A DNA stretch of 64,000 bases from a virus. Its lineage: Duplodnaviria > Caudoviricetes. Under the pieces are notes generated by a model. That model had not been told where the DNA came from. It was given only the letters and a program-made list of their open reading frames with translations, and did not search any database. Every line of letters begins with the position of its first letter. Position 1 is the stretch's first letter. Location: positions 1 to 64,000 of the IMG/VR virus record IMGVR_UViG_2934543808_000001, one strand, 5' to 3'. Shown piece after piece: positions 1 through 9,619 of the stretch. The translations under genes and the position numbers were made by a program.

Positions 1-9
1 CCGGATCTG

Positions 10-2079
10 CTACTGCCAGGTGACGCGGACGCGGTTCAGCGGGGTGTCGAGGACGAAGACACCGGGCTGCTCGTCCGCGGGCGCACCGAGCGGCAGGATC
101 TCGAAGGCGGCATCCCGGCCGCGGTACTCGCGGTCCCAGGTGCGGACGGCGTCGGCGACCTTCGTGGCCAGCTCGTCGCTCCCGGGGCCGTGCCCGATGA
201 CGCCGAACTCCCAGAGCTTGTCACCCTCGGGGGTCGTCTGCTCCGAGGGGCGCCGCGCTAGGTAGGTGACGGCGCCCTTGTCGACGGCGGCCGTGGCCGA
301 GGGGTAGGGGTCCTCGGTGAGCACCGTGCCCTTGGCGGACTTCGGGAAGAGCATCCGGATGAGCCCGGACGGCATGACGCAGGAGACGAACAGCTCCATC
401 CACTCCGGCGACTCCCCGGCGCGGACCGTCATCCCGGTCCACTCCTCGACGCGCGGCTGGTCGAGAACACCGGCGAGGGCGTCGGCGTCGATCGCCAGGC
501 CGGCGGGGGCCTGGAGGCGCACGGCGCTGTCCGTGCTGAGCGGCACGGCGCGGCGGTCGTCGTCGGCGATGCCCCGGCGCAGCGGCATGAAGGTGTTCAT
601 CTCCGAGCCTGCCGACTGCCACCGGCCATCGCGCTTCACGTAGATGATGGAGCGCGAGACGCTGCCGGTGAGCCGCTGCGGGGTGACGAGCCGGCCGCCT
701 TCGGCGAGCTGTTCGAGCCAGGCGTGGGGGATGCCGTGCGCGCCGACGGTGGCGATGATCCGGTCGTACGGGGCGCCTTCGGCGTGGCCGAGAGCACCGT
801 CACGCGTCAGGGCCTCGACGTTGGTGACCCCGGCGGCGGCGAGGTGGGCTCGGGCGCCTTCGACCAGGTCGTCATCGACGTCGATGGTGGTGACGTGTCC
901 GCTCGGACCGACGAGGTGGCCGATCAGGGCGGCGTTGTAGCCGGTGCCAGCGCCGAGTTCGAGGATGCGCTCGCCCGGCTGGGCTTCGAGCTGGTCCAGC
1001 ATGAGGGCGACGACGGCCGGCTGGGAGGCGCAGGAGATCGAGGTGCCCTCGGGGTCGTACTTCACGTGGACCGGGTCGTTGGCGTAGGCGTCGGCCAGCG
1101 GGGCTTCGGGGACGAACAGGTGCCGGGGCACGGTGCGCAGGGCGGCTTCGACCGCGGGGGTGCGGGCGTGACCGTCGGCCTGGATCTGGTCCACCAGGGC
1201 GTTGCGGAGCTGTTCGGCGTTGGCCTCGGGGGCGGTGAGTGTGTCGGTGTTCACCGCGCTGACGCTATTGGCCGCGGAGCCCGATTCTGCTGCTGACGCG
1301 GTGTTTTCACTCGATCCCATGACTACCTCTCGTGCGATGTGGAACAGGGTGTGCTGGTCGGCGCCGGGCAGACCGGCACGGTTGGCGTGGAAGATGGCGT
1401 GGTGCGCGATGACGGCGCGAAGACCGCGGGTCAGAGCGCCCTGGACGGCGAGGTAGGCGAGCGTGGTCCCAGCGCGCTCGAAGGCGGCGACCCAGTCGGC
1501 GTGGCCGTCCAGCGGCCCGCCCTCGCGGCTCAGGCCGCGGGCCTCGGTGGTCATCAGGGTCCGCATCGCCGAGATCAGGCGCGTGGACGCGGGCGTGCCG
1601 GTACCGGGGCGCAGCGCGCAGACCTTCGCCCACACGTCGCCCTGCTCGAACCAGTCGAGGTTCGCGGCGCGCATCAGGCTGCTCAGCAGCAGGACCGTGG
1701 TCTCGCGCCGCCCCAGGTGACCTTCCTGGACGGGGTAGGCGAGGAGATGACGGCTGTCCTCGTGGAAGAGGGCGTGCGCGGCCGTCATGGCGTCCGCCCC
1801 GCCGAACGCCTCGGTCTCCGGTTCGTAGATCGCGGTCGTGTGGGACTGCGCGGTGCCGTCGGCCACCCACTCGTCCAGCAGGGTCAGCACGGTCGGCGCC
1901 GGCTGGTCGGCGACGTACCGCAGGCGCCAGGGCTGCTTGTTGATGAACCACCAGCCGCTGAGCTGCCCGTCGGCCTCGGCGGCGAGCAGCGCGGGGGCGA
2001 GGCGTTCGGCGACGGCGCGCCGTCCGGTGTCGCGGTCGGGGAAGGTGATGTTGTGCTGCTGCCAGCGGTCGGAGCACAT
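10..2079 (-). CDS. fxlM: FxLD-system methyltransferase (PIMT/PCMT-like) fused to an N-terminal lantibiotic dehydratase C-terminal (SpaB_C-like) domain
   Basis: C-half has SAM motif ILELGAGTGYNAA, VPRHLF and YDRIIATVG. N-half has WWFINK..WRLRY, YEPETEAFGG, LFHEDS and HAIFHANRAGL. Lies downstream of lanC. Confidence 0.88.
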   Translation of the reverse strand: MCSDRWQQHNITFPDRDTGRRAVAERLAPALLAAEADGQLSGWWFINKQPWRLRYVADQPAPTVLTLLDEWVADGTAQSHTTAIYEPETEAFGGADAMTAAHALFHEDSRHLLAYPVQEGHLGRRETTVLLLSSLMRAANLDWFEQGDVWAKVCALRPGTGTPASTRLISAMRTLMTTEARGLSREGGPLDGHADWVAAFERAGTTLAYLAVQGALTRGLRAVIAHHAIFHANRAGLPGADQHTLFHIAREVVMGSSENTASAAESGSAANSVSAVNTDTLTAPEANAEQLRNALVDQIQADGHARTPAVEAALRTVPRHLFVPEAPLADAYANDPVHVKYDPEGTSISCASQPAVVALMLDQLEAQPGERILELGAGTGYNAALIGHLVGPSGHVTTIDVDDDLVEGARAHLAAAGVTNVEALTRDGALGHAEGAPYDRIIATVGAHGIPHAWLEQLAEGGRLVTPQRLTGSVSRSIIYVKRDGRWQSAGSEMNTFMPLRRGIADDDRRAVPLSTDSAVRLQAPAGLAIDADALAGVLDQPRVEEWTGMTVRAGESPEWMELFVSCVMPSGLIRMLFPKSAKGTVLTEDPYPSATAAVDKGAVTYLARRPSEQTTPEGDKLWEFGVIGHGPGSDELATKVADAVRTWDREYRGRDAAFEILPLGAPADEQPGVFVLDTPLNRVRVTWQ

Positions 2080-2101
2080 CGGGAAGTCCTTCGGTCGGGG
2101 T

Positions 2102-3370
2102 TCAGGCGGTGAGCAGGCAGGCGTCCCACCCGGTGCGGGGCGGCTCCGTGCCGTCCGCGGTGAGCAGTCCCAGCGCTGTTCCGGCGGCGCCGTCGAGGAG
2201 GCCGGCGCCCGCCGCGTCCTTCAGCAGCAGGGCGGCGGCGTCGTCCGGGGCGGCGCCGGGCGGGACCAGCACGGTGAGAAGGGCGGGTATGGCGGCGCGT
2301 AGCTGTCCGGCCGCGGCCCGCTCGGCGTCGGCGGCGGCCCGCGCCGCGATGTGGACGAGACCGGCGAAGCCGTGGCACAGGCCGCTGTCGGTGGTGGCGC
2401 GAAGCTGCGCGCGGTCGGTCAGTGCGTCCAGCAGGGCGGCCTCGGCTTCCGTCTGGAGGTCGCGGTCGCCGAGGGCGAGCGCGGCGAGCTGCTGAGCGCG
2501 GGCCAGACCCGCGGTGCCGTAGCACCAGCTCGGCCGCCGCGGTGTCGAGGCCGCGGGTCGGCCGCTGCGCAGTTCCTCGCGGGTGATCCAGTACGGCCAG
2601 GCCGTGCCGCGCCCGGCGGGCACCTTCCACCGCTCCAGCCAGGCCAGGATGGTGCGCATCGCCTGATGGTGGCCGGTGACGGTGGTGCCGCGGCGGGCGG
2701 CGAGCGCCAGCAGCGTGAGGACCGCGCCGATGCCGTGCGCCATGCCGTGGTTGGCGTGGCCGCCGGGGAAGCGGTCGTCCGGCCGGCCGGAGGGACCGGT
2801 GGCTGCCCACCAGCCCGGCAGGTGCTCGTCGTCGTGGGTGATCGGGTCGGTCAGGCGCACGCAGTAGTCGAGGACGGCCCGGGGCATCGGGCCGTCCGGG
2901 TCGCGGCGCAGCAGGTAGGCGCCGTACCCGGTCAGGCCCCGGATGGCGTCGAACTCGGCGAGCGCTGGGAGCTGCCCGGCGTCGATCCGTCGGTGGGCGG
3001 CGTCCAGGCGCCGCCGGGCGTCCACCGTCACCTGACGGTCGAGCACGTCGAGGCCGCGCCGGTAGGAGCCGGGCAGGTGATCGGCGGCGCACGCCAGGAC
3101 GTGGGCGAGCGCCGGGGCGCCGTAGAAGGGGTAGCTGTCGGAACCGCTGGTGAACGGCTGTCGGGTCGCCGCGGTCAGCCAGTCGTGGGCGCGCTGCCAC
3201 GGGGCGAGTCCGGCGGCGGCGCGCTCGACGTGGAGCAGGGCGATCCCGGTGGGGCCGTAGGCGAGGTTCTGCCGATTGGCGTCGTCGGTGGCGGCCACCG
3301 GCGCCTGATCAGGATGGGCGAGGTGGTCGGCGATGGCCGTGGCCACCGCGCCGGCGGACTGGTCGGTCAT
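2102..3370 (-). CDS. lanC: Lanthionine synthetase LanC-like cyclase
   Basis: Start MTDQSAG overlaps the lanB stop. Motifs GMAHG, WCYG and GLCHG (Zn ligands), and GLLDGAAG. Confidence 0.92.
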   Translation of the reverse strand: MTDQSAGAVATAIADHLAHPDQAPVAATDDANRQNLAYGPTGIALLHVERAAAGLAPWQRAHDWLTAATRQPFTSGSDSYPFYGAPALAHVLACAADHLPGSYRRGLDVLDRQVTVDARRRLDAAHRRIDAGQLPALAEFDAIRGLTGYGAYLLRRDPDGPMPRAVLDYCVRLTDPITHDDEHLPGWWAATGPSGRPDDRFPGGHANHGMAHGIGAVLTLLALAARRGTTVTGHHQAMRTILAWLERWKVPAGRGTAWPYWITREELRSGRPAASTPRRPSWCYGTAGLARAQQLAALALGDRDLQTEAEAALLDALTDRAQLRATTDSGLCHGFAGLVHIAARAAADAERAAAGQLRAAIPALLTVLVPPGAAPDDAAALLLKDAAGAGLLDGAAGTALGLLTADGTEPPRTGWDACLLTA

Positions 3371-6300
3371 GATCGCCTCCCGGCGCGGGCGGTGAAGGCG
3401 AGGGCGGCGGCGCGGGCGAGGTACAGGCAGACCTCTTCCTCGGGGAAGTCCACGGCCACGTGCCGCACGAAGTGCGTGTGCAGCAGGGAGGTCAGCACGC
3501 CGTCGGCCGCGATGCCCTCGGCGTGCGGGCCGGACAGATGCGGCTGGTACGCGGCGAGCGCGGCGGTGCGCCCGCTCCAGGCGTCCACGATCGCGGCGCC
3601 GCCCGGCGCGGACCGCAGGGCCGCCCAGTCGCCGCGCGGGTCGGCCAGTCGTACGGCGTCGGCGAACTGCGGGCGGGGGACCGGCTTCGGCGGGGTCGGT
3701 TCGACGTGGTCGATCAGCCAACGCGCGCCGTCGTCCGGGCTGCCGAGGAACGCGGAGGTGATGGCGAAGAAGTGCGCGGCCACGAGCGGGCGCTGCGCCG
3801 GCCGGACAGCCTGGGCGAGCTGTGCCACCAGCGCCGCGGAGTCCGCGCGGAACACGGCCTCGGCCGCGTTCCATGCCGGTCCGGAGCCCCACCGGCCCGT
3901 CTCGCGGTAGGAGGTGGGGTAGCGCAGGTCCGCCAGCAGCCCGGCGGCCCGCAGTTCGTCGGCCCAGGTGCTGACCGTGTGGATGGTGTCGGCGAAGTCG
4001 TCCGGGTCCGGCAGGGCGATGCGCAGGCGAAGGTGCTGCTGGGGGTCGCGGAAGCGGACGTACCACCAGGGGGGCGAGCCGAGGCGCCGTATCAGGTCGG
4101 GCACGTGCCGGGCGAGCAGGGCGTCTTGGCGCCGCGGGTCGCCGTACAGCGCGGCCAGCAGCACCGGCGAGGCGGCCGGGCTCTGGATCTGGGCCGGGGA
4201 CAGGGTGCGGGCGGTGGTCGGCGCGGGCAGTTCGGGCCAGGCCGGAGGCCGGACCGCTTTGAGGGGGACCACGATCTCGTGGGCCCGGCCCCCGCTCCAG
4301 CCGTCCGCCCCGCCCGGGGCGGCTTCCACCAGCACGGCCGTGCCGGTGCGGTCGAGGTGCTGGCGCAGCAGGCTGCGGTAGCCGGGCTGGTCGAGGTCGA
4401 GCGGAAGCCGCCGGTCGTCCTGGACCAGGTGCACGTGCTGCGGCAGGCGCCGGCGCTCCCGCCACTCGGACAGCGCGGCGTCCCAGTCCGTGCCGGGGCG
4501 GTGGCGGTCGGGGAGGTCGCCGCCCTCCAGCCTCCAGCGGGCTGGGGCCAACACGATGCGGCCGTACCGCAGGCGCGGGAGGAACGGCATCGCCGCGGCG
4601 GCGCCCCAGTCGAACCGGGTGACCTGGGCGCTCTGTGCCCGCGACACCTCGGTGATCAGCCGGGCCAGGGGCGGGGTGTGCTCGCTGAGGTTCAACGCGT
4701 GCATCCCGACAGCCTCGATGCGCAGACCGCGGCCGGGAGCGGCCAGGTACATCCGCCGCCCGTCGCAGCTCATCGCCAGATCCGCCGGCGTGAGCACCGC
4801 GGCGTCGGGGGCGCGGTGCTCTTGCAGGCTGATCACCAGCGGCAGCACGCGCGGGGTTCGGGTGACGTGGGCGGTGTCGGGCAGCAGCGCGGGGAAGGAG
4901 AGCTGCGCCGCCACGGTGCCGGAGTCGGCGGTGGGCAGCTCGGCCAGCTCCTCGTGCAGCGGGCCGCACTGAGCGGACGGCAGCACGCCGAGGAAGCGCC
5001 CTACGGTCACCCCGGCACCGCGGGCCACGCTGGTCACCTCCACGGTGAACTGCCCCCGGCGGACGTCGGCAAGGCTGGCCGCGTGCAGCCGCACGCCGAC
5101 CTCCAGGTGGGGCGGCACCCGCGGTTCCTGCGGTCCCCGGTCCAGGGCGGCCACCGTCTCGTCGGTCAGCACGATCTCGTCGCGGCCGTCGAGCGCCGCG
5201 CCCTGGGCGAGCCGCAGCAGCACGTCGTCCCGCGGCGACAGGCGGCGCCGGTCCGCGGTCGGGCTGCCGGGGTACCCGTCGGGGTAGCCGATGCCGCTGT
5301 CCGCGACGACCTCCCGCAGCGGCACCATCGTGCCGACGCCGAACCGCTCGTAGAACCGCTGGTGGTAGTCGTTCCACGGCTCGGTGCCGTACGGGCGGGC
5401 GCAGAGCCGGGTGAGGACCGTGGCGGCGCGCTCCACCTCGCGGGCGACCGCCGCGGTGAGCACCACGGCGGCGTCCAGGCTCAGGTCGAGGGCGAGCGGG
5501 TGCCGCCGCAGACCCGGCACCAGAGCGCGCATCCGGGCCGCTACGGCGTCCCGGCCCACCGCGGTACCGCACTGCTTCAGCCCGGCGTGGACGGCGCGCA
5601 GCTCCCGGACGGTGGCCGCCAGGAGGGGAACGTCCTCGGCCTGTGCCGTGTCGAGCTGGGCGACGAGGTGACCGAGCGCGTCGGGCTCGGTCGCTGGCGC
5701 GTGGAGGTTGGTGATCAGGACCCGTCGCTGTACAAGGCCCGCGAGGAGCCGGTGGACACGCTCGGGTGCCACGGCGGGGAACTCGGCGGCCAGCTTCTCG
5801 GCCAGTTCCCCGATGCGGACCGGCGCGTCGGCCGCTCGCAGAACGAGCCGGATCGGCGCCGACAGCTCGACGGCCGCCTCCACAGCCCGGCGGTGACCGG
5901 CCGGGCCGTTGTCCTGGTAGGGAACGACGAGACTGCCGTCCCGCTCGAAGGTGGTGTTGTTGACGACGACCGACAGGAGCGGCAGCAGTTCCCCGCTCCT
6001 CTCCAACTGCCCGATCAGCCTCGCCACCCACTCAGCGCCCGCGCGGGCGACGACAGCGTGGTTCTGCCCCCAGCGGGCGCGGGGCTCGGCGCCGAAGGCG
6101 GCGGTGGTGACTCCGGCGAACAGCCCGAACGGCGTGGGCCGGTGCAGCGCACGCAGGAGGTAGCGCGCCACGGATAACCCGACGCGGCGCACTTCGCGGG
6201 GAGAAGGGGAGCGGGCTCCCTCCAGGGCCTCCACCTCGGCGGCGAGAGCCGGGCTGGCGTGCCGGAGGGCCTGCGCGATACCGGGGTCGCGCCAGATGCC

Positions 6301-6459
6301 GCGCACCCAGGCGAGACGGCCGGCGGTGACCTCCGCCAGCTCCTCGGCCTGGAAGGACCGGTCATCGAAGTCGGGCAGGGGAAGCTGCGGCGCTGGCGGT
6401 CGAGCGACGGCACGCACCAAGGCGGTCGCGCCCGCCCTGAACGCTGGAGGTGTAGCCAC
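3367..6459 (-). CDS. lanB: Class I lanthipeptide dehydratase LanB
   Basis: RPTPFGLFAG, FLPRLRYGRIVLAPARW, WWYVRFRDP..HLRLR and YRETGRWG; about 1030 aa; GTG start after GAAGGG. Confidence 0.93.
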   Translation of the reverse strand: MATPPAFRAGATALVRAVARPPAPQLPLPDFDDRSFQAEELAEVTAGRLAWVRGIWRDPGIAQALRHASPALAAEVEALEGARSPSPREVRRVGLSVARYLLRALHRPTPFGLFAGVTTAAFGAEPRARWGQNHAVVARAGAEWVARLIGQLERSGELLPLLSVVVNNTTFERDGSLVVPYQDNGPAGHRRAVEAAVELSAPIRLVLRAADAPVRIGELAEKLAAEFPAVAPERVHRLLAGLVQRRVLITNLHAPATEPDALGHLVAQLDTAQAEDVPLLAATVRELRAVHAGLKQCGTAVGRDAVAARMRALVPGLRRHPLALDLSLDAAVVLTAAVAREVERAATVLTRLCARPYGTEPWNDYHQRFYERFGVGTMVPLREVVADSGIGYPDGYPGSPTADRRRLSPRDDVLLRLAQGAALDGRDEIVLTDETVAALDRGPQEPRVPPHLEVGVRLHAASLADVRRGQFTVEVTSVARGAGVTVGRFLGVLPSAQCGPLHEELAELPTADSGTVAAQLSFPALLPDTAHVTRTPRVLPLVISLQEHRAPDAAVLTPADLAMSCDGRRMYLAAPGRGLRIEAVGMHALNLSEHTPPLARLITEVSRAQSAQVTRFDWGAAAAMPFLPRLRYGRIVLAPARWRLEGGDLPDRHRPGTDWDAALSEWRERRRLPQHVHLVQDDRRLPLDLDQPGYRSLLRQHLDRTGTAVLVEAAPGGADGWSGGRAHEIVVPLKAVRPPAWPELPAPTTARTLSPAQIQSPAASPVLLAALYGDPRRQDALLARHVPDLIRRLGSPPWWYVRFRDPQQHLRLRIALPDPDDFADTIHTVSTWADELRAAGLLADLRYPTSYRETGRWGSGPAWNAAEAVFRADSAALVAQLAQAVRPAQRPLVAAHFFAITSAFLGSPDDGARWLIDHVEPTPPKPVPRPQFADAVRLADPRGDWAALRSAPGGAAIVDAWSGRTAALAAYQPHLSGPHAEGIAADGVLTSLLHTHFVRHVAVDFPEEEVCLYLARAAALAFTARAGRRS

Positions 6460-6491
6460 GTGACGTATCCCTTCGTGCGCCGGGAGGGGGT

Positions 6492-6536
6492 GGCGGCCGG
6501 TGCCGCCGCGCCAGCAGCGCGACGGCACCGGCCACC
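6492..6536 (-). terminator. Stem-loop between lanA and lanB (attenuating or mRNA-stabilising)
   Basis: GGCCGGTGCCGCCGCGC-cagca-GCGCGACGGCACCGGCC inverted repeat. Confidence 0.65.
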
Positions 6537-6572
6537 GTTCAGGACCTGATGGCCAGGTTCAGACGGCCGAGG

Positions 6573-6752
6573 TCAGTCGGTGAAGGTGACGCAGGCGCCG
6601 CAGGAGCTGCCGCAGTTGTCGTCCGTCAGGACGGTCAGCGCGGCGGCGTCGGAGACCTCCAGCAGGGAGACGTTCAGCTCGAACCCGTCCGACTGGCCGC
6701 CGGCCGTGGGGTCCTGGACCTGAGTGGTGCCCGCGGTGATGGTTCGCGTCAT
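6573..6752 (-). CDS. lanA: FxLD-family lanthipeptide precursor, 59 aa (not in the ORF track)
   Basis: Translated by hand: MTRTITAGTTQVQDPTAGGQSDGFELNVSLLEVSDAAALTVLTDDNCGSSCGACVTFTD. GGAG RBS, FELN leader motif, Cys/Ser/Thr-rich core. Confidence 0.93.
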   Translation of the reverse strand: MTRTITAGTTQVQDPTAGGQSDGFELNVSLLEVSDAAALTVLTDDNCGSSCGACVTFTD

Positions 6753-6946
6753 GACAACTCCAGTTGTCTCGTTGGTTGTTGCGAACAGGTGGTGCTTGCC
6801 AGCGCACTGACGCCCGGAGCGTAGCCACGGGGCTACGCCGCGGGTTCAGGTTCTGGCCAACCCGGCTCGGGTTCGAGCCGGGAAGCTCTGGGGTGGAGCG
6901 CCGCTCGACGGTCCGGTTCGTCGCCCAAGACCGCCGAGCGGCGGTT

Positions 6947-7600
6947 CTAGGCGGCCGGCACAAGATCGTCCAGGTTGACGACCGTGTACTCGCGCAGCTC
7001 GCGTACGAGCTGGGAGGCGAGGAACCAACCGATCTGGGGATGGCTGTAGGGGAGGGGAACGTCCGTGCTGGAGAGGGGCTGGATGCCGTCGGCGGTGTAC
7101 TGGTACGGGGTGCCGATGACGCCGTAGAGCGGGAACCGCGTGGCCAGCAGCGCGACGTGCCCCTTGCTCCTGAGCCGGGGGCACCGCCGAGCAGCCATCC
7201 GGGCGTGCTCCAGGCACACCGGCGGCTGCGCGGTCTTCACCGGCCCGGTGTAGTCGTCGCGGTCGTCGGCCGTCTCCACGAAGAGGATGCCGTCGCTGCG
7301 CTTCAACTGGACCGTGCACACCTGGCAGCGCAGGAGCGCCATCGTGGTGCGCTGCCGGAGCGGGTGCACCAGCCGCCACTTCGGGGACCCGGTGGGCTGC
7401 CCCCCGAAGTCCAGCGACATGGAGTACCGCGCCCACAGCACGCCGCGGAGGTCTCGGTCGGGCGCAGCCTCGTCCACGTACCCGAGACGCGGGCGCCGGT
7501 CAGGGCCGAGGCGTACGTTCAGGCTGAGGAGGGAGTCCGCCTCTTCGCCTTCGCGGGCGGTGATGTACGGGACGACCACCTCGGCCGCGGTGGCGGTCAT
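6947..7600 (-). CDS. Hypothetical protein with Cys motifs (CQVC, PPVC..H, C)
   Basis: MTATAAEVVVPYIT start coupled to the upstream stop; Zn-ligand pattern. Confidence 0.7.
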   Translation of the reverse strand: MTATAAEVVVPYITAREGEEADSLLSLNVRLGPDRRPRLGYVDEAAPDRDLRGVLWARYSMSLDFGGQPTGSPKWRLVHPLRQRTTMALLRCQVCTVQLKRSDGILFVETADDRDDYTGPVKTAQPPVCLEHARMAARRCPRLRSKGHVALLATRFPLYGVIGTPYQYTADGIQPLSSTDVPLPYSHPQIGWFLASQLVRELREYTVVNLDDLVPAA

Positions 7601-7803
7601 GCCGCGTTCCTGGCCGGGACCGCGAGCGGCCGGCGCGGAGCGACGACTTGTCCGTCGGGCAGCAGTTCGCCGGTGTCCTCGAAGAGCAGGACGCCGTTGC
7701 ACAGCAGGGTCCAGCCCTGTTCTGGCCGGTGCCGGATCGTGCGGGCGGCCTCCCGGTCGGCGGCGTCGGCCGCGGGGCAGGCGATCTCATGTTGGCACAT
7801 CAT
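7597..7803 (-). CDS. DUF5999-family small protein
   Basis: MCQH..CP.AD..DREAA...PEQGWTLLCNGVLLFEDTGELLPDG signature. Confidence 0.8.
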   Translation of the reverse strand: MMCQHEIACPAADAADREAARTIRHRPEQGWTLLCNGVLLFEDTGELLPDGQVVAPRRPLAVPARNAA

Positions 7804-7808
7804 GGTCC

Positions 7809-8312
7809 TCATCGCAGAGACCTCCGCCGCGGGCCCGACGACGGGCCGTACTCGTGTGCACGGGGGAGGAGTTGAGTTCCGCAGCGGGGGACTGCGGGAG
7901 TCGGAGAGGCGGCCGGCTGCGGGGGGCAGTCGCAGCCGCCGTAGAAGCGGGCTCGCTCGTCTTCGGTGGCGCGGGCGGGAAGCCGCTCGCCCCACTCCAC
8001 GACCCAGTAGGGCGCCCGTTCACGGGGGCCCGTGAGCCGGATACGCAGGCCGGGGAAGCCGACGCGTCCCAGCAGGGCCTCGCGGATCGCGATGGCCAAG
8101 GCGCCGGGGCCGGCGTCCATGCTGCCGCCGCGGCGTCGGCCGCCGACGGGCACGGCGAGCATCGGGGCGCGGAAGACGCGGACGGCGACGCTGCTGGCGA
8201 GGAGCTGCGGGTCGTGCAGGCGCGCGGCGACGAACTCGTAGTCGTAGGCGTCTTCGGGCGGCAGGAGCGTGACGAGCTGGGCGTCGTGCTCGGTCGCGGG
8301 CGGCGTCTTCAC
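7809..8312 (-). CDS. Hypothetical protein
   Basis: ORF translationally coupled to the upstream gene. Confidence 0.6.
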   Translation of the reverse strand: MKTPPATEHDAQLVTLLPPEDAYDYEFVAARLHDPQLLASSVAVRVFRAPMLAVPVGGRRRGGSMDAGPGALAIAIREALLGRVGFPGLRIRLTGPRERAPYWVVEWGERLPARATEDERARFYGGCDCPPQPAASPTPAVPRCGTQLLPRAHEYGPSSGPRRRSLR

Positions 8313-8773
8313 TCGGCATCATCGCCGGCAAGGAGGATGTCGAGGAGGTCTTGGGTGCAGCGGCCCAGGAGGCGCAGGTGCCCGAGGGCCAGCGGCAGGT
8401 CTGCCGGGGCGGCCGGGCGGCGCAGGAGTCTGCGGGCCTTGCTCTCTGCGGGGTTCTCGACCGGTTCGGTGTCGGCGAGCGCCTGGTTGGCGGCCTTGAT
8501 CGCCTCGATCTCGGCCTCGGTCACCTCGGTGGGCCGCTTGGCCGCCCGCTTCCGGGCCACGGTCACGAGCTGGGGGAGAGCCCTGCGCAGCCGGGGGGTG
8601 AACTCGGCGATCTGCTCGGCGGACGGGGTGACGCCACCGAGCGCGATCTCCACGTCGTCGTAGACGAGGTCAAGGGCGTGGTCGTCGCGTAACGCGTCGA
8701 GGAGCCGCGTGAGCCGTTCGACGTTGTCGTCCTGGTCTGCTGGCGCCGGCGCGAGGTGCGTCGGGGTGGTCAT
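8309..8773 (-). CDS. DUF6415-like protein
   Basis: Helical protein ending ALGHLRLLGRCTQDLL, directly downstream of the HATPase gene. Confidence 0.55.
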   Translation of the reverse strand: MTTPTHLAPAPADQDDNVERLTRLLDALRDDHALDLVYDDVEIALGGVTPSAEQIAEFTPRLRRALPQLVTVARKRAAKRPTEVTEAEIEAIKAANQALADTEPVENPAESKARRLLRRPAAPADLPLALGHLRLLGRCTQDLLDILLAGDDAE

Positions 8774-9348
8774 GCGGTCCTCCGCGGGGGTGTGGGGATC
8801 TTGAAGCAGCACCAGGTTTTGGTCCCGTCGGGGCTCACGCCGCACAGCGTGGCGAGCATGCTGACGATGAACATGCCGCGGCCGTTCTCGTCCAGGTCGT
8901 CGGCCGTCCCGATACGGGCGTGCTGGGTGGAGCCGTCGTTCACCTCGATCGCGAGCACGTCGGCGACGAGCAGGAACCGGAAGACGACTTGGTCGCCCGT
9001 TCCGTGCACCAGCGCGTTGGTGACGAGTTCGCTGATCGCGGTCTGCGCGTCATCGACCAGGCAGGGCAGGCCCCAGTGGCGCAGCTTGGCCGCGCTGATC
9101 CGCCGGAGGTAGCCGACCCACCGGCCCTCGTGCGGAGCGACGGGCTGCCCGCCGGCTCCGGGATCGCGCCGCAGGTTCAGGGTGAAGTCGTCCCGTACGG
9201 CTTCTGGGCCGGCGGTCACGTCCTCGATGGTCCCGACGATCATCCGGTCACCGCTCTCGGCAAGCGTGTCAGGCCACAGGCGTCGCTCGGTGGCGTTGTC
9301 GCGGTCCATCCGCATGCGGGGCGGATATGTGGTGCTCTGGCTCGTCAT
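8770..9348 (-). CDS. ATP-binding protein (HATPase_c, anti-sigma/AbaA-like)
   Basis: SELVTNALVH, EVNDG, ENGRGMFIV and GTKTWC boxes; divergent from the XRE gene. Confidence 0.88.
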   Translation of the reverse strand: MTSQSTTYPPRMRMDRDNATERRLWPDTLAESGDRMIVGTIEDVTAGPEAVRDDFTLNLRRDPGAGGQPVAPHEGRWVGYLRRISAAKLRHWGLPCLVDDAQTAISELVTNALVHGTGDQVVFRFLLVADVLAIEVNDGSTQHARIGTADDLDENGRGMFIVSMLATLCGVSPDGTKTWCCFKIPTPPRRTA

Positions 9349-9619
9349 CAGCGGCCTCGGCTTCGTCGGAGTGGGGGTAGCGGGGTTCGTCCTCTACGGG
9401 GGAGGAGGACGAACCCCGCCGAACCGGCGAACCGGTCCACACGAAGGCAGGCGTCACTGTGCGTCACAAATGATCATGACCTGATGGACAGTCACGTCCG
9501 CCGCTCGACTAGCTTGCTCCTTTTTCGCTTCCGTGCGCAACACTTTCGTCGATAATCCAAAGAGGCGAGAACAGACGTGCGCATGGCCAACGATGACGCG
9601 GGCGTGCCAGACTGCGCCT

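Noticed and set aside
3371-6031. Long N-terminal extension of the 1309-aa ORF, and many long Arg/Pro/Gly-rich ORFs throughout the track
   Set aside because: These are shadow frames of high-GC genes; the real lanC starts at 3370 and the real amidase at 60075.
7948-7962. ACGAGCGAGCC on the minus strand
   Set aside because: Within a CDS (DERAR), with no stem and no downstream box.
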